A stretch of DNA of 64,000 nt from positions 237,119-301,118 of the forward strand of contig JAOPTT010000003.1 of assembly GCA_051531975.1 (NCBI GenBank), written 5' to 3'. The notes under the pieces are model-generated. The model had not been told where the DNA came from. It made no database searches and was given only the letters and a program-made list of their open reading frames with translations. Of the stretch, positions 22,348 through 33,120 are shown piece by piece. A program made the position numbers and the translations under genes. The first letter of the stretch is position 1. Each line of letters starts with the position of its first letter. Source of the stretch: Spirochaetaceae bacterium. Its GTDB lineage: Bacteria > Spirochaetota > Spirochaetia > DSM-2461.

Positions 22348-23085
22348 CTATAAATTAAGGATATCCCCATTTCCTGGTATAAAAACATTCTGGTTATAAC
22401 TAATATCCCGAAGTTTATCCCTTGTATCACCACAATGATTGATTGAGTCCATATGAACTGCAACCGTAGTACTATCAGGTAAAAGTTTACTTATTTTAAT
22501 TATATCTCTGTTTCCCATTGTTATTTGTCCTAAAAACTTCATTTTAGCTGCTCCACCATTGGCTATGATCCAATTTGGTTTTGTCCTTAATAATGTGTTT
22601 TTAATCTTAGGAGTTAATAATGTATCACCTGTTAAATACAATATACCTTCTGAACTCTCTAATAAGTATGCTGAAGATATACCAAGCTTATTTTTTAAAA
22701 GCTTACCACCATGTGAACCTATAAATCTTGTACAATCAAATCCTAACCATGATCTATTATCTGTTATTGAAGTTAAGTTTGTAAAACCAAGATCTTCAAA
22801 GATCTCATTATCTTCGACCTGACATAATATTGGAATATTTTTAGGCAATACTTTCTTTGCTAACTCATCAAAATGATCATTATGATTATGGGTAATTAAG
22901 ACACCATCAACATTAAACAACTCTTCATAATTTATAGGTAGATCAACTAATGGATTCCTACGGTTATTGTAACTATATACTATGGGAGGGTATGTTTCCT
23001 TTCCTGCAAAAACAGGATCTATAAGTATTCGTTTATTGTTTAATTCTATAATCGATGTAGCGTGTCTATAATGTATTATCTTCAA
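22348..23085 (-). CDS. MBL-fold metallo-hydrolase
   Basis: ILIDPVF, THNHNDH (HxHxDH), GDT, VHMD; TTG start with GAGGAG RBS. Confidence 0.88.
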   Translation of the reverse strand: MKIIHYRHATSIIELNNKRILIDPVFAGKETYPPIVYSYNNRRNPLVDLPINYEELFNVDGVLITHNHNDHFDELAKKVLPKNIPILCQVEDNEIFEDLGFTNLTSITDNRSWLGFDCTRFIGSHGGKLLKNKLGISSAYLLESSEGILYLTGDTLLTPKIKNTLLRTKPNWIIANGGAAKMKFLGQITMGNRDIIKISKLLPDSTTVAVHMDSINHCGDTRDKLRDISYNQNVFIPGNGDILNL

Positions 23086-23104
23086 ATCTAAACTCCTCTA
23101 TTTG

Positions 23105-23136
23105 AGTATAAACTATGTAGTAACCTACAGGGTCAA
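23105..23136 (-). promoter_or_regulatory. MerR-type promoter/operator for the MBL hydrolase
   Basis: Minus strand TTGACC-CTGTAGGTTACTACATAGTT(20 nt)-TATACT; dyad TGTAG/CTACA inside the long spacer. Confidence 0.8.
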
Positions 23137-23243
23137 CTAATATCCATGATTTTGCATATAACATTACAATAATTTTAAATCTTTACTTCTAGTTAACATA
23201 GGTTTATATTACCCTATAAAATTAAATTTATCAGGATGTTATT

Positions 23244-23672
23244 ATGTATAAAAGAAAAGAGGTTGCTGAGTTTCTAAATATAAATAGTGAGACTGTTAGA
23301 TTTTATGAAGATAAAGGACTTTTGCCACTTCTTGAAAGAGGCTCAAATGGCTACAGAAAATATGAGAAACAACATTTAGTTAGGTTAACTTTTATATTAC
23401 AGGCTAAAGAGTTTGGCTTCACGTTAGCTGAAATTAAGGAGGTAGTTGAAAGTGGAATTGCTGATTATATAACTAGGGAAAATAATGACAAACCCAATAA
23501 TATGGAACTTGAATCTATGTTAGAAAACAAAATAAGTAGTGTAAATGAACAGATAGATAATTTAAAAATAATGAAGCATAAATTAACAAAATACAAAAAC
23601 CAGAAGATGTATTTAGATCTAAAAAAATATGATTTTTGTAAATTAAATCAAGTTATTGACTCTGTACTATAA
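23244..23672 (+). CDS. MerR family transcriptional regulator
   Basis: ETVRFYEDKGLL, NGYRKY, AKEFGFTLAEIK. Confidence 0.93.
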   Translation: MYKRKEVAEFLNINSETVRFYEDKGLLPLLERGSNGYRKYEKQHLVRLTFILQAKEFGFTLAEIKEVVESGIADYITRENNDKPNNMELESMLENKISSVNEQIDNLKIMKHKLTKYKNQKMYLDLKKYDFCKLNQVIDSVL

Positions 23673-23687
23673 TACAGGGTTTAGCCT
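23656..23687 (+). promoter_or_regulatory. MerR-type promoter/operator for the EFR1-type ferredoxin gene
   Basis: TTGACT-CTGTACTATAATACAGGGTT(20 nt)-TAGCCT; dyad CTGTA/TACAG; overlaps the merR stop codon. Confidence 0.78.
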
Positions 23688-23704
23688 AAGTCCAAGGAGT
23701 AGAT

Positions 23705-24472
23705 ATGACAATATTTTATTTTTCAGGAACAGGTAATAGTCTTTGGGTAACTAAAAGTATAAAAGAGAGTTTTGATGGTGTTAAATTAGAACCAATAACT
23801 AGGTATATAAATAGAGAAATTAATGATGATAAAATTGGGTTTATATTTCCATGTTATTGTCTAACAGTTCCCCCATTTATTAGGAAGTTTATATCTGAAC
23901 TTAATATAACAGCACCAAATCCATATATCTTTAGTGTAATAACCCACAATGGTGTTCCAGGTAGAACTCTATCGGTTTTCGATAAACTTCTAAAGAAGAA
24001 AGGTTTTAATCTTAACTATGGTGATGACCTGATAATGCCAGGAAACTCGGTAATTATTAAAGATTATACAAACAGTAGAGTAGAGGTAGAAAAAAGGTTA
24101 AAAGATTCTTTAATTAGTATCAAACCTATAATAGTAAATATTAAAAACAGATTAGAGAGTAATAATTATCCTAGGATTTCTCTAGGAGGTATTATAAAAA
24201 ATAACTTTGAAGAATTTATATTAAACAAAGTTTATATGCCTAAACCATTCTGGACATCAGACAGTTGTAATAACTGTGGAATCTGTAAAAAAGTATGCCC
24301 TACAAATTCAATAGAAATTATTGATAAAAAAATAATATGGGATAATAGTTGTGTGGCATGTTTAGCCTGTTATCATTGGTGTCCAAAAAAGGCTATTGAA
24401 TTAGATAAATATACGAAAGCGAGGCCAAGATTAACACATCCACAAATAAATATAAAAGAGATGTGTCTATAG
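23705..24472 (+). CDS. EFR1-family flavodoxin-ferredoxin fusion
   Basis: YFSGTGNS flavodoxin loop; CNNCGICKKVCP and CVACLACYHWCP 4Fe-4S motifs. Confidence 0.9.
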   Translation: MTIFYFSGTGNSLWVTKSIKESFDGVKLEPITRYINREINDDKIGFIFPCYCLTVPPFIRKFISELNITAPNPYIFSVITHNGVPGRTLSVFDKLLKKKGFNLNYGDDLIMPGNSVIIKDYTNSRVEVEKRLKDSLISIKPIIVNIKNRLESNNYPRISLGGIIKNNFEEFILNKVYMPKPFWTSDSCNNCGICKKVCPTNSIEIIDKKIIWDNSCVACLACYHWCPKKAIELDKYTKARPRLTHPQINIKEMCL

Positions 24473-24626
24473 TTTAATATTGGCTTATCAAATACATAGC
24501 ATTTTAAATATGACCTTATAAAAAATCTTAATACTATTATTAATTGTGATTTATACAACCTTATAGTATGATAGTACAGTAGAACATGGTTAAGCATTAT
24601 ATAATAAGATAAAATAAGGAGAACAA

Positions 24627-26132
24627 ATGACTAAGAAACCAAATATTCTAGTTATTATGGTCGATGATCATGCAGCAAAAGCAATTAGTGCTTATAATTC
24701 TAGATTAAACAGTGTTTTTTCCACACCAAATCTAGACAGAATAGCAAACGAAGGGGCTCTATTAGAAAACTGTAGTTGCACAAATGCTATATGTACCCCA
24801 AGCAGGGCTGTAATATTAACTGGTAAGTCATCCCACATTACAGGAGTTAGAACTCTTTCAGATGCAATGGATCCTAATGAGCAGACTTTTCCAAAAATGT
24901 TACAAGAAGCTGGTTATAATACAGCACTTTTTGGGAAATGGCATGTACATTCTGAGCCTTTGGGTTTTGATGATTATAGTATACTTCCTGGGCAAGGAGA
25001 CTATTTTAATCCATCATTTGTAGCTAAGGGAGCTAAATGGGAAACACATCATTCAGGATCAAATCACGATTATCCAGCCTCTACACAAGAGGAAGGATAT
25101 GTTACTGATATAATAACTGATAAAACACTTAATTGGTTAGATAATAGAGAGAGTAACAAACCATTTATGTTACTCTGCCACCACAAAGCACCACATGATG
25201 ATTTTGAATACCACTCAAGAGATGAACATATGTTTGATGGTATAACAATACCAGAACCAGGAAATTTAAGAGAAGATAAATCACATAGATCTGATGGTTC
25301 TAGAGATTTTGGAACAACTATTTCCGAAAAAAATAGAAAAAGAAATGCTGTTATGATAATGAGTAAGGAGGATTATCCAACTGGATCTTTAGATGTTTCA
25401 GGCTTAAATTCAGATCAGAGGACATCAGCTGCTTATCAAAAATATTTAAAAGATTATCTACGTGTTTGTAAAGGAATTGATGACAATGTGGGAAGACTTT
25501 TAGAATATCTTGATAATAATGATTTAACTGAAAATACTGTAGTGATCTATACTTCCGATCAAGGGATGTTCTTAGGAGAACATGACTATATGGATAAAAG
25601 ATGGATTTATGAAGAAGCACTTCAGATGCCATTTTTAGTCAGATACCCTAAAGAGATAAAGCCAGGTATTAAAATGGATAGTATCGTGAGTAACCTGGAT
25701 TTTGCACCTACGTTCTTAGATATTGCAGGACTTAAAAAGCCAAATGATATGCAAGGCAGAAGTTTCCTTCCAATTATAAAGGGTCAGGAGCCAGAGGATT
25801 GGGTAAACATAGCATATAACAGATACTGGATGCATATGGCTCACCACGATGTCCCAGCTCACTTTGGTATAAGGACAAAAGAGTACAAAATAATATTCTT
25901 TTATGGCTTAGCATTAGATGCAACAGATGCTCTTTTAGATTCTACACCAGCAGGTTGGGAATTATATGATTTAGTTAATGATCCTAATGAAAATTGTAAT
26001 ATCTATAACAACCCCAACTACAAAGGATTACGAGATATTGCAAAAAAGACTTTATTAGAATACAGAGCAAACTTAGGAGAAGATGATACTAAATACCCTG
26101 AACTTTGCAAACTTTTAGAAGAGGTAAAATAA
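24627..26132 (+). CDS. Cys-type S1 sulfatase (GlcNAc-6-sulfatase-like)
   Basis: KPNIL..DD, CTPSRA, GKWH, HKAPH, YTSDQG, DKRW. Confidence 0.92.
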   Translation: MTKKPNILVIMVDDHAAKAISAYNSRLNSVFSTPNLDRIANEGALLENCSCTNAICTPSRAVILTGKSSHITGVRTLSDAMDPNEQTFPKMLQEAGYNTALFGKWHVHSEPLGFDDYSILPGQGDYFNPSFVAKGAKWETHHSGSNHDYPASTQEEGYVTDIITDKTLNWLDNRESNKPFMLLCHHKAPHDDFEYHSRDEHMFDGITIPEPGNLREDKSHRSDGSRDFGTTISEKNRKRNAVMIMSKEDYPTGSLDVSGLNSDQRTSAAYQKYLKDYLRVCKGIDDNVGRLLEYLDNNDLTENTVVIYTSDQGMFLGEHDYMDKRWIYEEALQMPFLVRYPKEIKPGIKMDSIVSNLDFAPTFLDIAGLKKPNDMQGRSFLPIIKGQEPEDWVNIAYNRYWMHMAHHDVPAHFGIRTKEYKIIFFYGLALDATDALLDSTPAGWELYDLVNDPNENCNIYNNPNYKGLRDIAKKTLLEYRANLGEDDTKYPELCKLLEEVK

Positions 26133-27206
26133 ATGGATAAATTAAGAACTATAAGCAATGAAAATCAATCAGAAATGTTTAAAGATCTGAAACCAATAGG
26201 TAGAATATTGGAACTTGATGGCTACCATGTATGGGGGACATCCCCTATCCGCGGGGAAGACGGAAAAGTTCATCTTTTTTTTAGTAGATGGTCAAAAGAT
26301 GCATCCCACTATGGATGGGTCATGAACTGCGAAGTGGCACACGCTGTTTCAGATAGCCCAGAAGGTCCTTTTGAAGTAACTGGAACTGTTTTGGAAGGAA
26401 CAAGGGGCACAGAGTGGGATTCATGGTCTATTCATAACCCAACTGTTCATAAAATTGGTAATAAATACGCTATCTTTTATATGGGTAGTAATGGATCAAA
26501 CTTTGATAAATCTCAAGAAGAGCTAATAACACTTAGTAAAGAAGATAAAAATGCTTACCAACCATATTTCCATGCTTTAGTAGCATCAAAACAGGTTGGT
26601 ATCGCTGTTGCTGACAGCCTTAATGGCCCCTGGGAGAGATTAACAGAACATCCTGCTGTTCCCCAAGGTAAAAATGGAGAATGGGATGACTTTGTTACAA
26701 GTAATCCAGCTTTTTTGAACCACCCAAATGGTGAATTATGGTTATATTATAAAGCATGGAATCAAAAGAGTGCAGAAGAAAACAATGGAAACAGACAGTA
26801 TGGTTTAGCCATATCAAACTCTTTAGATATACCATTTAAGAAGTTAGATGCTAATCCAGTTATAGATCTTTCACATCTTGGCAACAATACACAATGTGAA
26901 GATGCATATATGTTTTATACGAATGGTTTGTTTCATATGTTATGCAGAGATATGGGGTATTATGATCATAGCGTAGGGCTGCATTTTACATCAAAAGACG
27001 GTCTAACTTGGGATATTCCTAAAATGGCTTATAGAGAAGCTAAATATTATTTTGATGAACCAATGCCCGGTTTAGATAGAGAGGGCCGTTTTGAAAGACC
27101 CCAACTGCTTCTTAAAAGCGATGGAAGCCCTGACTATCTTTTTGCCGCCTATGTAGGAGGTAAGTCTGGGACTTCTTCTGCTGTTATACTAAAATTTACG
27201 AATTAA
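26133..27206 (+). CDS. Five-bladed beta-propeller glycoside hydrolase (GH43/GH117-like)
   Basis: HLFFSRW, HAVSDSPEGPF, HNPTV, SNPA, EDAY, ERPQLL; starts immediately after the sulfatase stop. Confidence 0.75.
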   Translation: MDKLRTISNENQSEMFKDLKPIGRILELDGYHVWGTSPIRGEDGKVHLFFSRWSKDASHYGWVMNCEVAHAVSDSPEGPFEVTGTVLEGTRGTEWDSWSIHNPTVHKIGNKYAIFYMGSNGSNFDKSQEELITLSKEDKNAYQPYFHALVASKQVGIAVADSLNGPWERLTEHPAVPQGKNGEWDDFVTSNPAFLNHPNGELWLYYKAWNQKSAEENNGNRQYGLAISNSLDIPFKKLDANPVIDLSHLGNNTQCEDAYMFYTNGLFHMLCRDMGYYDHSVGLHFTSKDGLTWDIPKMAYREAKYYFDEPMPGLDREGRFERPQLLLKSDGSPDYLFAAYVGGKSGTSSAVILKFTN

Positions 27207-28612
27207 ATAAGTTTATTACTACCTGGATATGGTCTTTCCCAATTAGTTTTATAAAAACTATGGGAAGGATCATCTACTCCAGGGACTAAAAGTTTATCAC
27301 AGTTAGATTTAACTATGGAACTATTTAACCAGAGCATTAATTCTTTGTTCAAACTCGAAATAATATCCATATTATCACTATTGCTCGCCAAGTTATTAGA
27401 TTCAGACGGGTCACTCTCTAAATTATATAGATAGGACTCACCATTTTTATATAAGGAGTAGCGCCAGGAACCGTAAGCGACAAAATAACCTGAATCTAAA
27501 AAACCCAAAATGTATCGATTTTCAGGTTGTGTATAGGGCTTAATATTTGCGATATTAAGTATTGTTGGATATAAATCTGTAAGAGATATCAGATTAGTAT
27601 TAATTTCTCCAGGGAGGAAACCTTCCCCTTTGATTAACATAGGAATATTCACAGACTGATTATGGTAGAACATTTTACCTATGAGTCCTCTATCTCCTAA
27701 ATAGTCTCCGTGATCAGAGCTAAAAATTATTGTAGTATTTTCTGCTAATCCCTCTTTATCCAGGTAATTTAGAATATCCCCTACACAGTCATCAAGTTGT
27801 TTAACCATAGCAAAATAGTGGTGCCTTATTTTTTTTATATGTTGGATATTCATATCACTATAATCGATTCCATTCCAACTTCTAAGATTAGATAAAACAC
27901 ACTCATCAATCATCCATTTATCAAAATTTTTATCAGGTTCTTTAATTAAGTCTATATCAACCTTATCAATATATTCTTTTGGGGGATCATATGGGCAATG
28001 GGGGCCAGGAAAACCTATCATTAAAGCAAAAGGTTCTTTTGTGTTACGATTACCAAGGTATTCAAGAGATCTATCTGTAACCCATTTATCGATCTGTAGA
28101 TCTGCAGGAAGACTATTTATTATTGCACCTTTATTATCGAAATAACCTTCAGATTCATTCCCATGAACCCGTTTATACCCTCTTTTATTAAGAGCTGTTT
28201 GATAATCATCATGAATATGAATATGTCTTTTATCCTCAGCAATAACTCTATGTTTAAAACCTTCATCTATATCCCATGGATAAAAGTGCATTTTACCAAT
28301 TGCTACTGTTTCATAACCAACAGAGTCTAATACTTCGGGCCAAGTTTTTATACCAGTTTTCCCTCTATCAGGTCGTAACCAGCCGGAATTATTAACAACA
28401 CCAGTTACAACCGAGTCCTCTCCTGTTAAAAACGATGCCCTTGCAGGTACACACAAAGGAGTTGGACTCAATGCGTTTTTATAGTTAACTCCGTTATCTG
28501 ATATAGAATCTATATTAGGGGTAGATATTGCTCTATTCCCATTACAACTTAGTGCATCAGCTCTTAACTGATCTGGAAAAAGGATTATAATGTTTTTTTT
28601 ATTGTCTGACAT
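27203..28612 (-). CDS. Cys-type S1 sulfatase (choline-sulfatase-like)
   Basis: DQLRAD, CVPARA, GKMH, PHCPYDPP, SDHG; start moved to ATG 28612 (MSDNKK) behind GGAG. Confidence 0.9.
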   Translation of the reverse strand: MSDNKKNIIILFPDQLRADALSCNGNRAISTPNIDSISDNGVNYKNALSPTPLCVPARASFLTGEDSVVTGVVNNSGWLRPDRGKTGIKTWPEVLDSVGYETVAIGKMHFYPWDIDEGFKHRVIAEDKRHIHIHDDYQTALNKRGYKRVHGNESEGYFDNKGAIINSLPADLQIDKWVTDRSLEYLGNRNTKEPFALMIGFPGPHCPYDPPKEYIDKVDIDLIKEPDKNFDKWMIDECVLSNLRSWNGIDYSDMNIQHIKKIRHHYFAMVKQLDDCVGDILNYLDKEGLAENTTIIFSSDHGDYLGDRGLIGKMFYHNQSVNIPMLIKGEGFLPGEINTNLISLTDLYPTILNIANIKPYTQPENRYILGFLDSGYFVAYGSWRYSLYKNGESYLYNLESDPSESNNLASNSDNMDIISSLNKELMLWLNSSIVKSNCDKLLVPGVDDPSHSFYKTNWERPYPGSNKLI

Positions 28613-28701
28613 CTCTAATCTCCAATTTTTTAGCAAATTTTCTTAGATACTTACTTTTCAGGTATTTTATTTATATACATTTTCATCTGATTAAAGATTG
28701 C

Positions 28702-29685
28702 CTATAACATATTTAAAGTATCTAATTTTTTTCGAAGTCTCATTAAAGAATCAATCCATCTCTTTGGCATTCGACCCTGTCTATCAGGAGGACAGTTTAA
28801 GAGAAAATTAACACCTCGGGATGTAGAAGCTAGATACATTCCTAATAATTCTTCATCGGAACGTGGTTCATCGTCATCTTCGTAAAACCACTCTTTTCCA
28901 ATGGTATCATTCATTTCACCAGGTATATAATATTTTTTATCCATAATAAGTTTTTCATTATAATATGACTTTTTATCGTGCCCTCTGTTACTATTTGGTA
29001 TAGTTCTCTCTAAAGTCATAAAGTCGGAAGGCCAGGCAAATGTGGGATCAAATTTAGTTCCATCCTGGCAAGAATGGTTAAAACCTGTAATCATAGAGGG
29101 TTTTAATTCTGTAAGTTGTTTATATGTTTCCAATCTAGCATAAAGTGGAAGAACCTTTGGCATATCTATCCAGAAATAATCAGGGCTATAATTTTCAACT
29201 AGCTCTTTCATCTGTAACTGCATAAACTCAATATATTCAGGATTAGTATAACACATACCCTTTTCGTATTCTGTCCAATCTGGAGTTGACTCCATACCAA
29301 AGAGGTTTGTATTATCCCAGGCACAATAATAGAAACCAGGAAGTATACCCTTAGATCTACAAGCATCTACAAACTGTCCAACCACATCGGTAGTAACACT
29401 GCTATTCTTTACAGAATAATCCCCATACTTACTTGGCCACAGAGCGTGTCCTGCAACATGCTTTGTAGTTAATACAGCATATTTCATACCTGCATCCCGA
29501 GCAACAGATATCCACTCGTCAACATTGATATCAGTTGGGTTATATGTTTTTATAGCCTCCTGTGACGACAACTCTTTTCCATCGAATGTAGACATACCCC
29601 AATGTATAAACATACCATACTTTAACTCTTCATATTTTTTTAGTTGATCAATTGATAACCGTTGATTACCGACAATATTTTGCAT
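28702..29685 (-). CDS. GH29 alpha-L-fucosidase (catalytic domain only)
   Basis: [27 protein letters not shown] nucleophile region, NFLLN.PPD..G. Confidence 0.9.
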   Translation of the reverse strand: MQNIVGNQRLSIDQLKKYEELKYGMFIHWGMSTFDGKELSSQEAIKTYNPTDINVDEWISVARDAGMKYAVLTTKHVAGHALWPSKYGDYSVKNSSVTTDVVGQFVDACRSKGILPGFYYCAWDNTNLFGMESTPDWTEYEKGMCYTNPEYIEFMQLQMKELVENYSPDYFWIDMPKVLPLYARLETYKQLTELKPSMITGFNHSCQDGTKFDPTFAWPSDFMTLERTIPNSNRGHDKKSYYNEKLIMDKKYYIPGEMNDTIGKEWFYEDDDEPRSDEELLGMYLASTSRGVNFLLNCPPDRQGRMPKRWIDSLMRLRKKLDTLNML

Positions 29686-29921
29686 ATAGATCTCTCCTTT
29701 TAGTATAAAAAAAACCCATATACTTATATAGTATACGGGTTAATTATTAAATTTAATCTAGATTATATTTTTTGATAACGCAATACTTTTCTACTAAATT
29801 GACCATTAAAATATGAGTAAATGTACACTTTTTATAATTATCCATGCTTTTGTTTAAAATAGTACATTTGTGTCTAAATATTACAGGGTTAGTATTTAAA
29901 CATAACAACAAGGAGACAATA

Positions 29922-31244
29922 ATGAAACCAAAATTTACAAAGCTAATCATGATGTTTTTAATGACAATGATTTGTAGTTCACTTTTTGCAAGTGGTAACA
30001 ACGAAAAACCTGCTGGAACAGAGAAAGTAGAAAAAAAACAAAAAAGAGAATTAACAGCAATGTTACTTCAGTCAAGAAACTTTGACGGTTTACAGGAAAT
30101 GATTGCAAAACTTGAAGCTGAAGAAAACATTGTAATTGACTTACAAGTTATTCCTGACGATCAATACGACAACTTATTGAAAATCAAAGTTAATTCAGGT
30201 GTTGCTCCAGATATTATGGATTACAATGTCCCACATATTTATGACATCCTAGACCCAGATAAGCACTTTGAAGATTTAAGTGATCAACCATGGGTTTCAA
30301 AATTAGTTAACCCTTCTCTTTCAGAATATAATGGAAAAACTTATAGTTACACATTTATGTCTACTGCTGGTTACCAAGCAATGATCTATAACAAAGATGT
30401 GTTTGATAAATTTGGTTTAGAAATACCAACAACAGTTGCAGAGTTTGAAAATGTTTGTAATACATTAAAAGCTGGTGGTGTTACTCCAATGTTATTAGCA
30501 TCAGATATATGGGTACCACAAATCTGGATGACTGCTGGATATAGTAGAGCCCTAGGTAGTACAGAAGCTGCACAGGATTTTGCAGATAAAATATTAACGA
30601 ACCAAGCTAAGTTTACTGACTACCCACAAGTAGTTGCAGCTGTAGACGAGTACCTTTCAATGTTTGAAAAAGGTTGGATGAACGATGACTTTATTACTTT
30701 AAATGTTGATGGTGTAGTTCAAAAATTAGGAACAGGAGCTGGAGCAATGTTCTTTGGTTCTTTGGGACTTGCGAACAATGTTGAGAAAGCTTTCCCAGAA
30801 GGTAACTTTGGAATGTTTAACATCCCAACATCTTATGATAAAAAAGATGTTATTTCAGGTACAGTATTTTCATACGGTTTTGTTGTAAATAAAGATTCTA
30901 AAAACAAAGATCTAGCAAAAGAAGTATTTAACCATTTTGCTTCACCTGAGTATGCAGATATATACTTTGCAGACAGACCTGGTTTCCCAGCGCTTACTGA
31001 TACAAACGGTGGCGAACTAAAAGACTATGCTCAAAAAGTATATGACGACTATGTAGTAACAGGTAAAATGGTTCCAGAAATGAACCTTTTCTTAAATCCA
31101 TTAGGTGCTCTTAATGGCTCTACTATTTGGGTTTATTACCAAGAAGCTCCTGTTAAAGGAAACATGGATGGTTACCAACTACTTGATAGATACCAACAAG
31201 ATGTTAATAAGTTTATGACAGAGCAAAAAGCTCCAGGTTGGTGA
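29922..31244 (+). CDS. Sugar ABC transporter substrate-binding protein
   Basis: Start at ATG 29922 after AAGGAG; leader ending LFASGNNE; YNKDVFDK.G..IPTT motif. Confidence 0.9.
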   Translation: MKPKFTKLIMMFLMTMICSSLFASGNNEKPAGTEKVEKKQKRELTAMLLQSRNFDGLQEMIAKLEAEENIVIDLQVIPDDQYDNLLKIKVNSGVAPDIMDYNVPHIYDILDPDKHFEDLSDQPWVSKLVNPSLSEYNGKTYSYTFMSTAGYQAMIYNKDVFDKFGLEIPTTVAEFENVCNTLKAGGVTPMLLASDIWVPQIWMTAGYSRALGSTEAAQDFADKILTNQAKFTDYPQVVAAVDEYLSMFEKGWMNDDFITLNVDGVVQKLGTGAGAMFFGSLGLANNVEKAFPEGNFGMFNIPTSYDKKDVISGTVFSYGFVVNKDSKNKDLAKEVFNHFASPEYADIYFADRPGFPALTDTNGGELKDYAQKVYDDYVVTGKMVPEMNLFLNPLGALNGSTIWVYYQEAPVKGNMDGYQLLDRYQQDVNKFMTEQKAPGW

Positions 31245-31288
31245 TAATAATAACAACAATATAAGATTATAATAATTTAAATAATAAG

Positions 31289-31310
31289 ACGGCAATCGAT
31301 GGATTGCCGT
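31289..31310 (+). terminator. Intercistronic stem-loop after SBP gene
   Basis: ACGGCAATC-GATG-GATTGCCGT perfect 9-bp stem followed by TCTTAT. Confidence 0.65.
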
Positions 31311-31339
31311 TCTTATATATTAAACCAAGGAGTAATTAT

Positions 31340-32218
31340 ATGATACGAAGAGAAAAAATGTTTTATCCAGTTGGTTTAATAGTACCAGCAATAATCGTTT
31401 TTACACTTTTTACGATTATTCCAGTTTTAATGAGTTTAGTTTACTCCTTTACAGACTGGAATATTATGCGTTTAGATGAACCCGAATTTAGGGGATTATT
31501 AAACTACCAAAGACTATTTTCAGATCCAATCTTTCTTCGATCTTTAGGAAATACTCTGCTATTTGCTTTTTCAACAACATTCTTAAAAACAATATTTGGA
31601 TTGTTATTAGCAATTATTTTAATTAAAAAAGTACCAGGGAATGGACTTTTTAGAACACTTTTTTATCTACCATGTGTATTAAGTGCCACTGTAGTTGGGA
31701 TTTTATACAAAGCTATCTTAGCTTCTAATGGTCTATTAAATAATGGTTTAGCCGGTATAGGATTAGGATTTTTATCATTTGATTGGTTATCTACTTACGC
31801 AACAGCTATGATATCAGCAATATTAATTGAGACATGGATGTGGTCTGGATTTAATATGATTATTTTTATTGCAGGTCTTCAAGCAATTCCAAGAGATTAT
31901 TACGAAGCTGCAGAAATGGAAGGAGCAGGAAAACTTACTACATTTTTTAATATAACTATACCACTTTTAGTTCCAGCATTTACTGTTGTTATTACACTTT
32001 GTATTACTGGTGGTCTAAGAGTTTTTGATATTATTTATGTATTAACAAATGGGGGTCCTGGGTTTGATACCCAAGTTATGAATACTTTTGCATTTAGAGC
32101 ATTTGGCCAAGGATTACTTGGAGAATCATCAGCCGCATCAATATTATTAGCTATTATTGTTGTTACAATATCCTTTATTTTGAACCATACACTTAAAAAT
32201 AAGGAGGTAGAGGCATAA
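31340..32218 (+). CDS. Carbohydrate ABC transporter permease (MalF-like)
   Basis: YEAAEMEGA EAA loop; start at ATG 31340 after AAGGAG. Confidence 0.92.
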   Translation: MIRREKMFYPVGLIVPAIIVFTLFTIIPVLMSLVYSFTDWNIMRLDEPEFRGLLNYQRLFSDPIFLRSLGNTLLFAFSTTFLKTIFGLLLAIILIKKVPGNGLFRTLFYLPCVLSATVVGILYKAILASNGLLNNGLAGIGLGFLSFDWLSTYATAMISAILIETWMWSGFNMIIFIAGLQAIPRDYYEAAEMEGAGKLTTFFNITIPLLVPAFTVVITLCITGGLRVFDIIYVLTNGGPGFDTQVMNTFAFRAFGQGLLGESSAASILLAIIVVTISFILNHTLKNKEVEA

Positions 32219-33045
32219 TGAAGACGATAACTAAAAAATATAGCCCACTTATTTTATTATTAATTTTACTTGGTATATCAATGTTCTACGTTGTACCAAT
32301 TATAATGATGCTTCTTGGATCTTTAAAAGACCAGACTGAAGCAGTTCTTTTTAACTTAGATCTACCCTCAAAATTCCACTGGAAAAACTACATTGATGTT
32401 ATTCAAAAGGGTAAAATATTAAACGGATATAAAAATAGTTTTATTATAACAAGTTTAACAACTCTGTTTACTTTAATAGTTGGTGGTTTTGCAGGAATAA
32501 CCATTTCTAGAAGAAACGATAAAGTATCAAACGGTTTTTATTACTATTTTATTTTTGGTTTAACTATAACACTACAAATAGCATCTACATTTTCTTTATT
32601 AAGAACATTTAATATCTATGGGTCATTTATTTCAGTCATTCTGATATTTATAGCACAAAGAATGCCCTTTACAATTATGACATTTACTAGTTTTGTAAAA
32701 GGTGTACCAAGATCCCTAGACGAAGCTGCAATTGTTGATGGTTGCAATGTTTTTCAATTATATGCATTAATTTTAATGCCTATTCTTAAACCAATAATTT
32801 TGACAAATACAATTGTAACAATTATTAGTGTCTGGAATAACTTTAACATATCCCTGTTCTTCCTTAACTCGGCTAAACAGTGGACTGTATCTCTAACTAT
32901 ATATAATTTTTACGGAATGTATGCTAGAGACTGGCATCTTGTTTTTACAGCATTGGTTCTTACAGTAATTCCTGTTATGTTAGTTTATTTATGGTTACAA
33001 AAATTTATTGTATCTGGTATGACTGCTGGATCAGTAAAAGGATAA
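32218..33045 (+). CDS. Carbohydrate ABC transporter permease (MalG-like)
   Basis: DEAAIVDG EAA loop; ends GMTAGSVKG. Confidence 0.93.
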   Translation: MKTITKKYSPLILLLILLGISMFYVVPIIMMLLGSLKDQTEAVLFNLDLPSKFHWKNYIDVIQKGKILNGYKNSFIITSLTTLFTLIVGGFAGITISRRNDKVSNGFYYYFIFGLTITLQIASTFSLLRTFNIYGSFISVILIFIAQRMPFTIMTFTSFVKGVPRSLDEAAIVDGCNVFQLYALILMPILKPIILTNTIVTIISVWNNFNISLFFLNSAKQWTVSLTIYNFYGMYARDWHLVFTALVLTVIPVMLVYLWLQKFIVSGMTAGSVKG

Positions 33046-33120
33046 AAAAGAGTAACAACCATATTTTATTAATGATCGCTTAAAATAGTGTAGAATAATA
33101 TTATTAAAGAGGAGAATAAA

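Noticed and set aside
29753..30001. 82-aa minus-strand ORF as a leader peptide for the fucosidase
   Set aside because: It overlaps the SBP start and promoter in antisense and has no RBS or recognisable features
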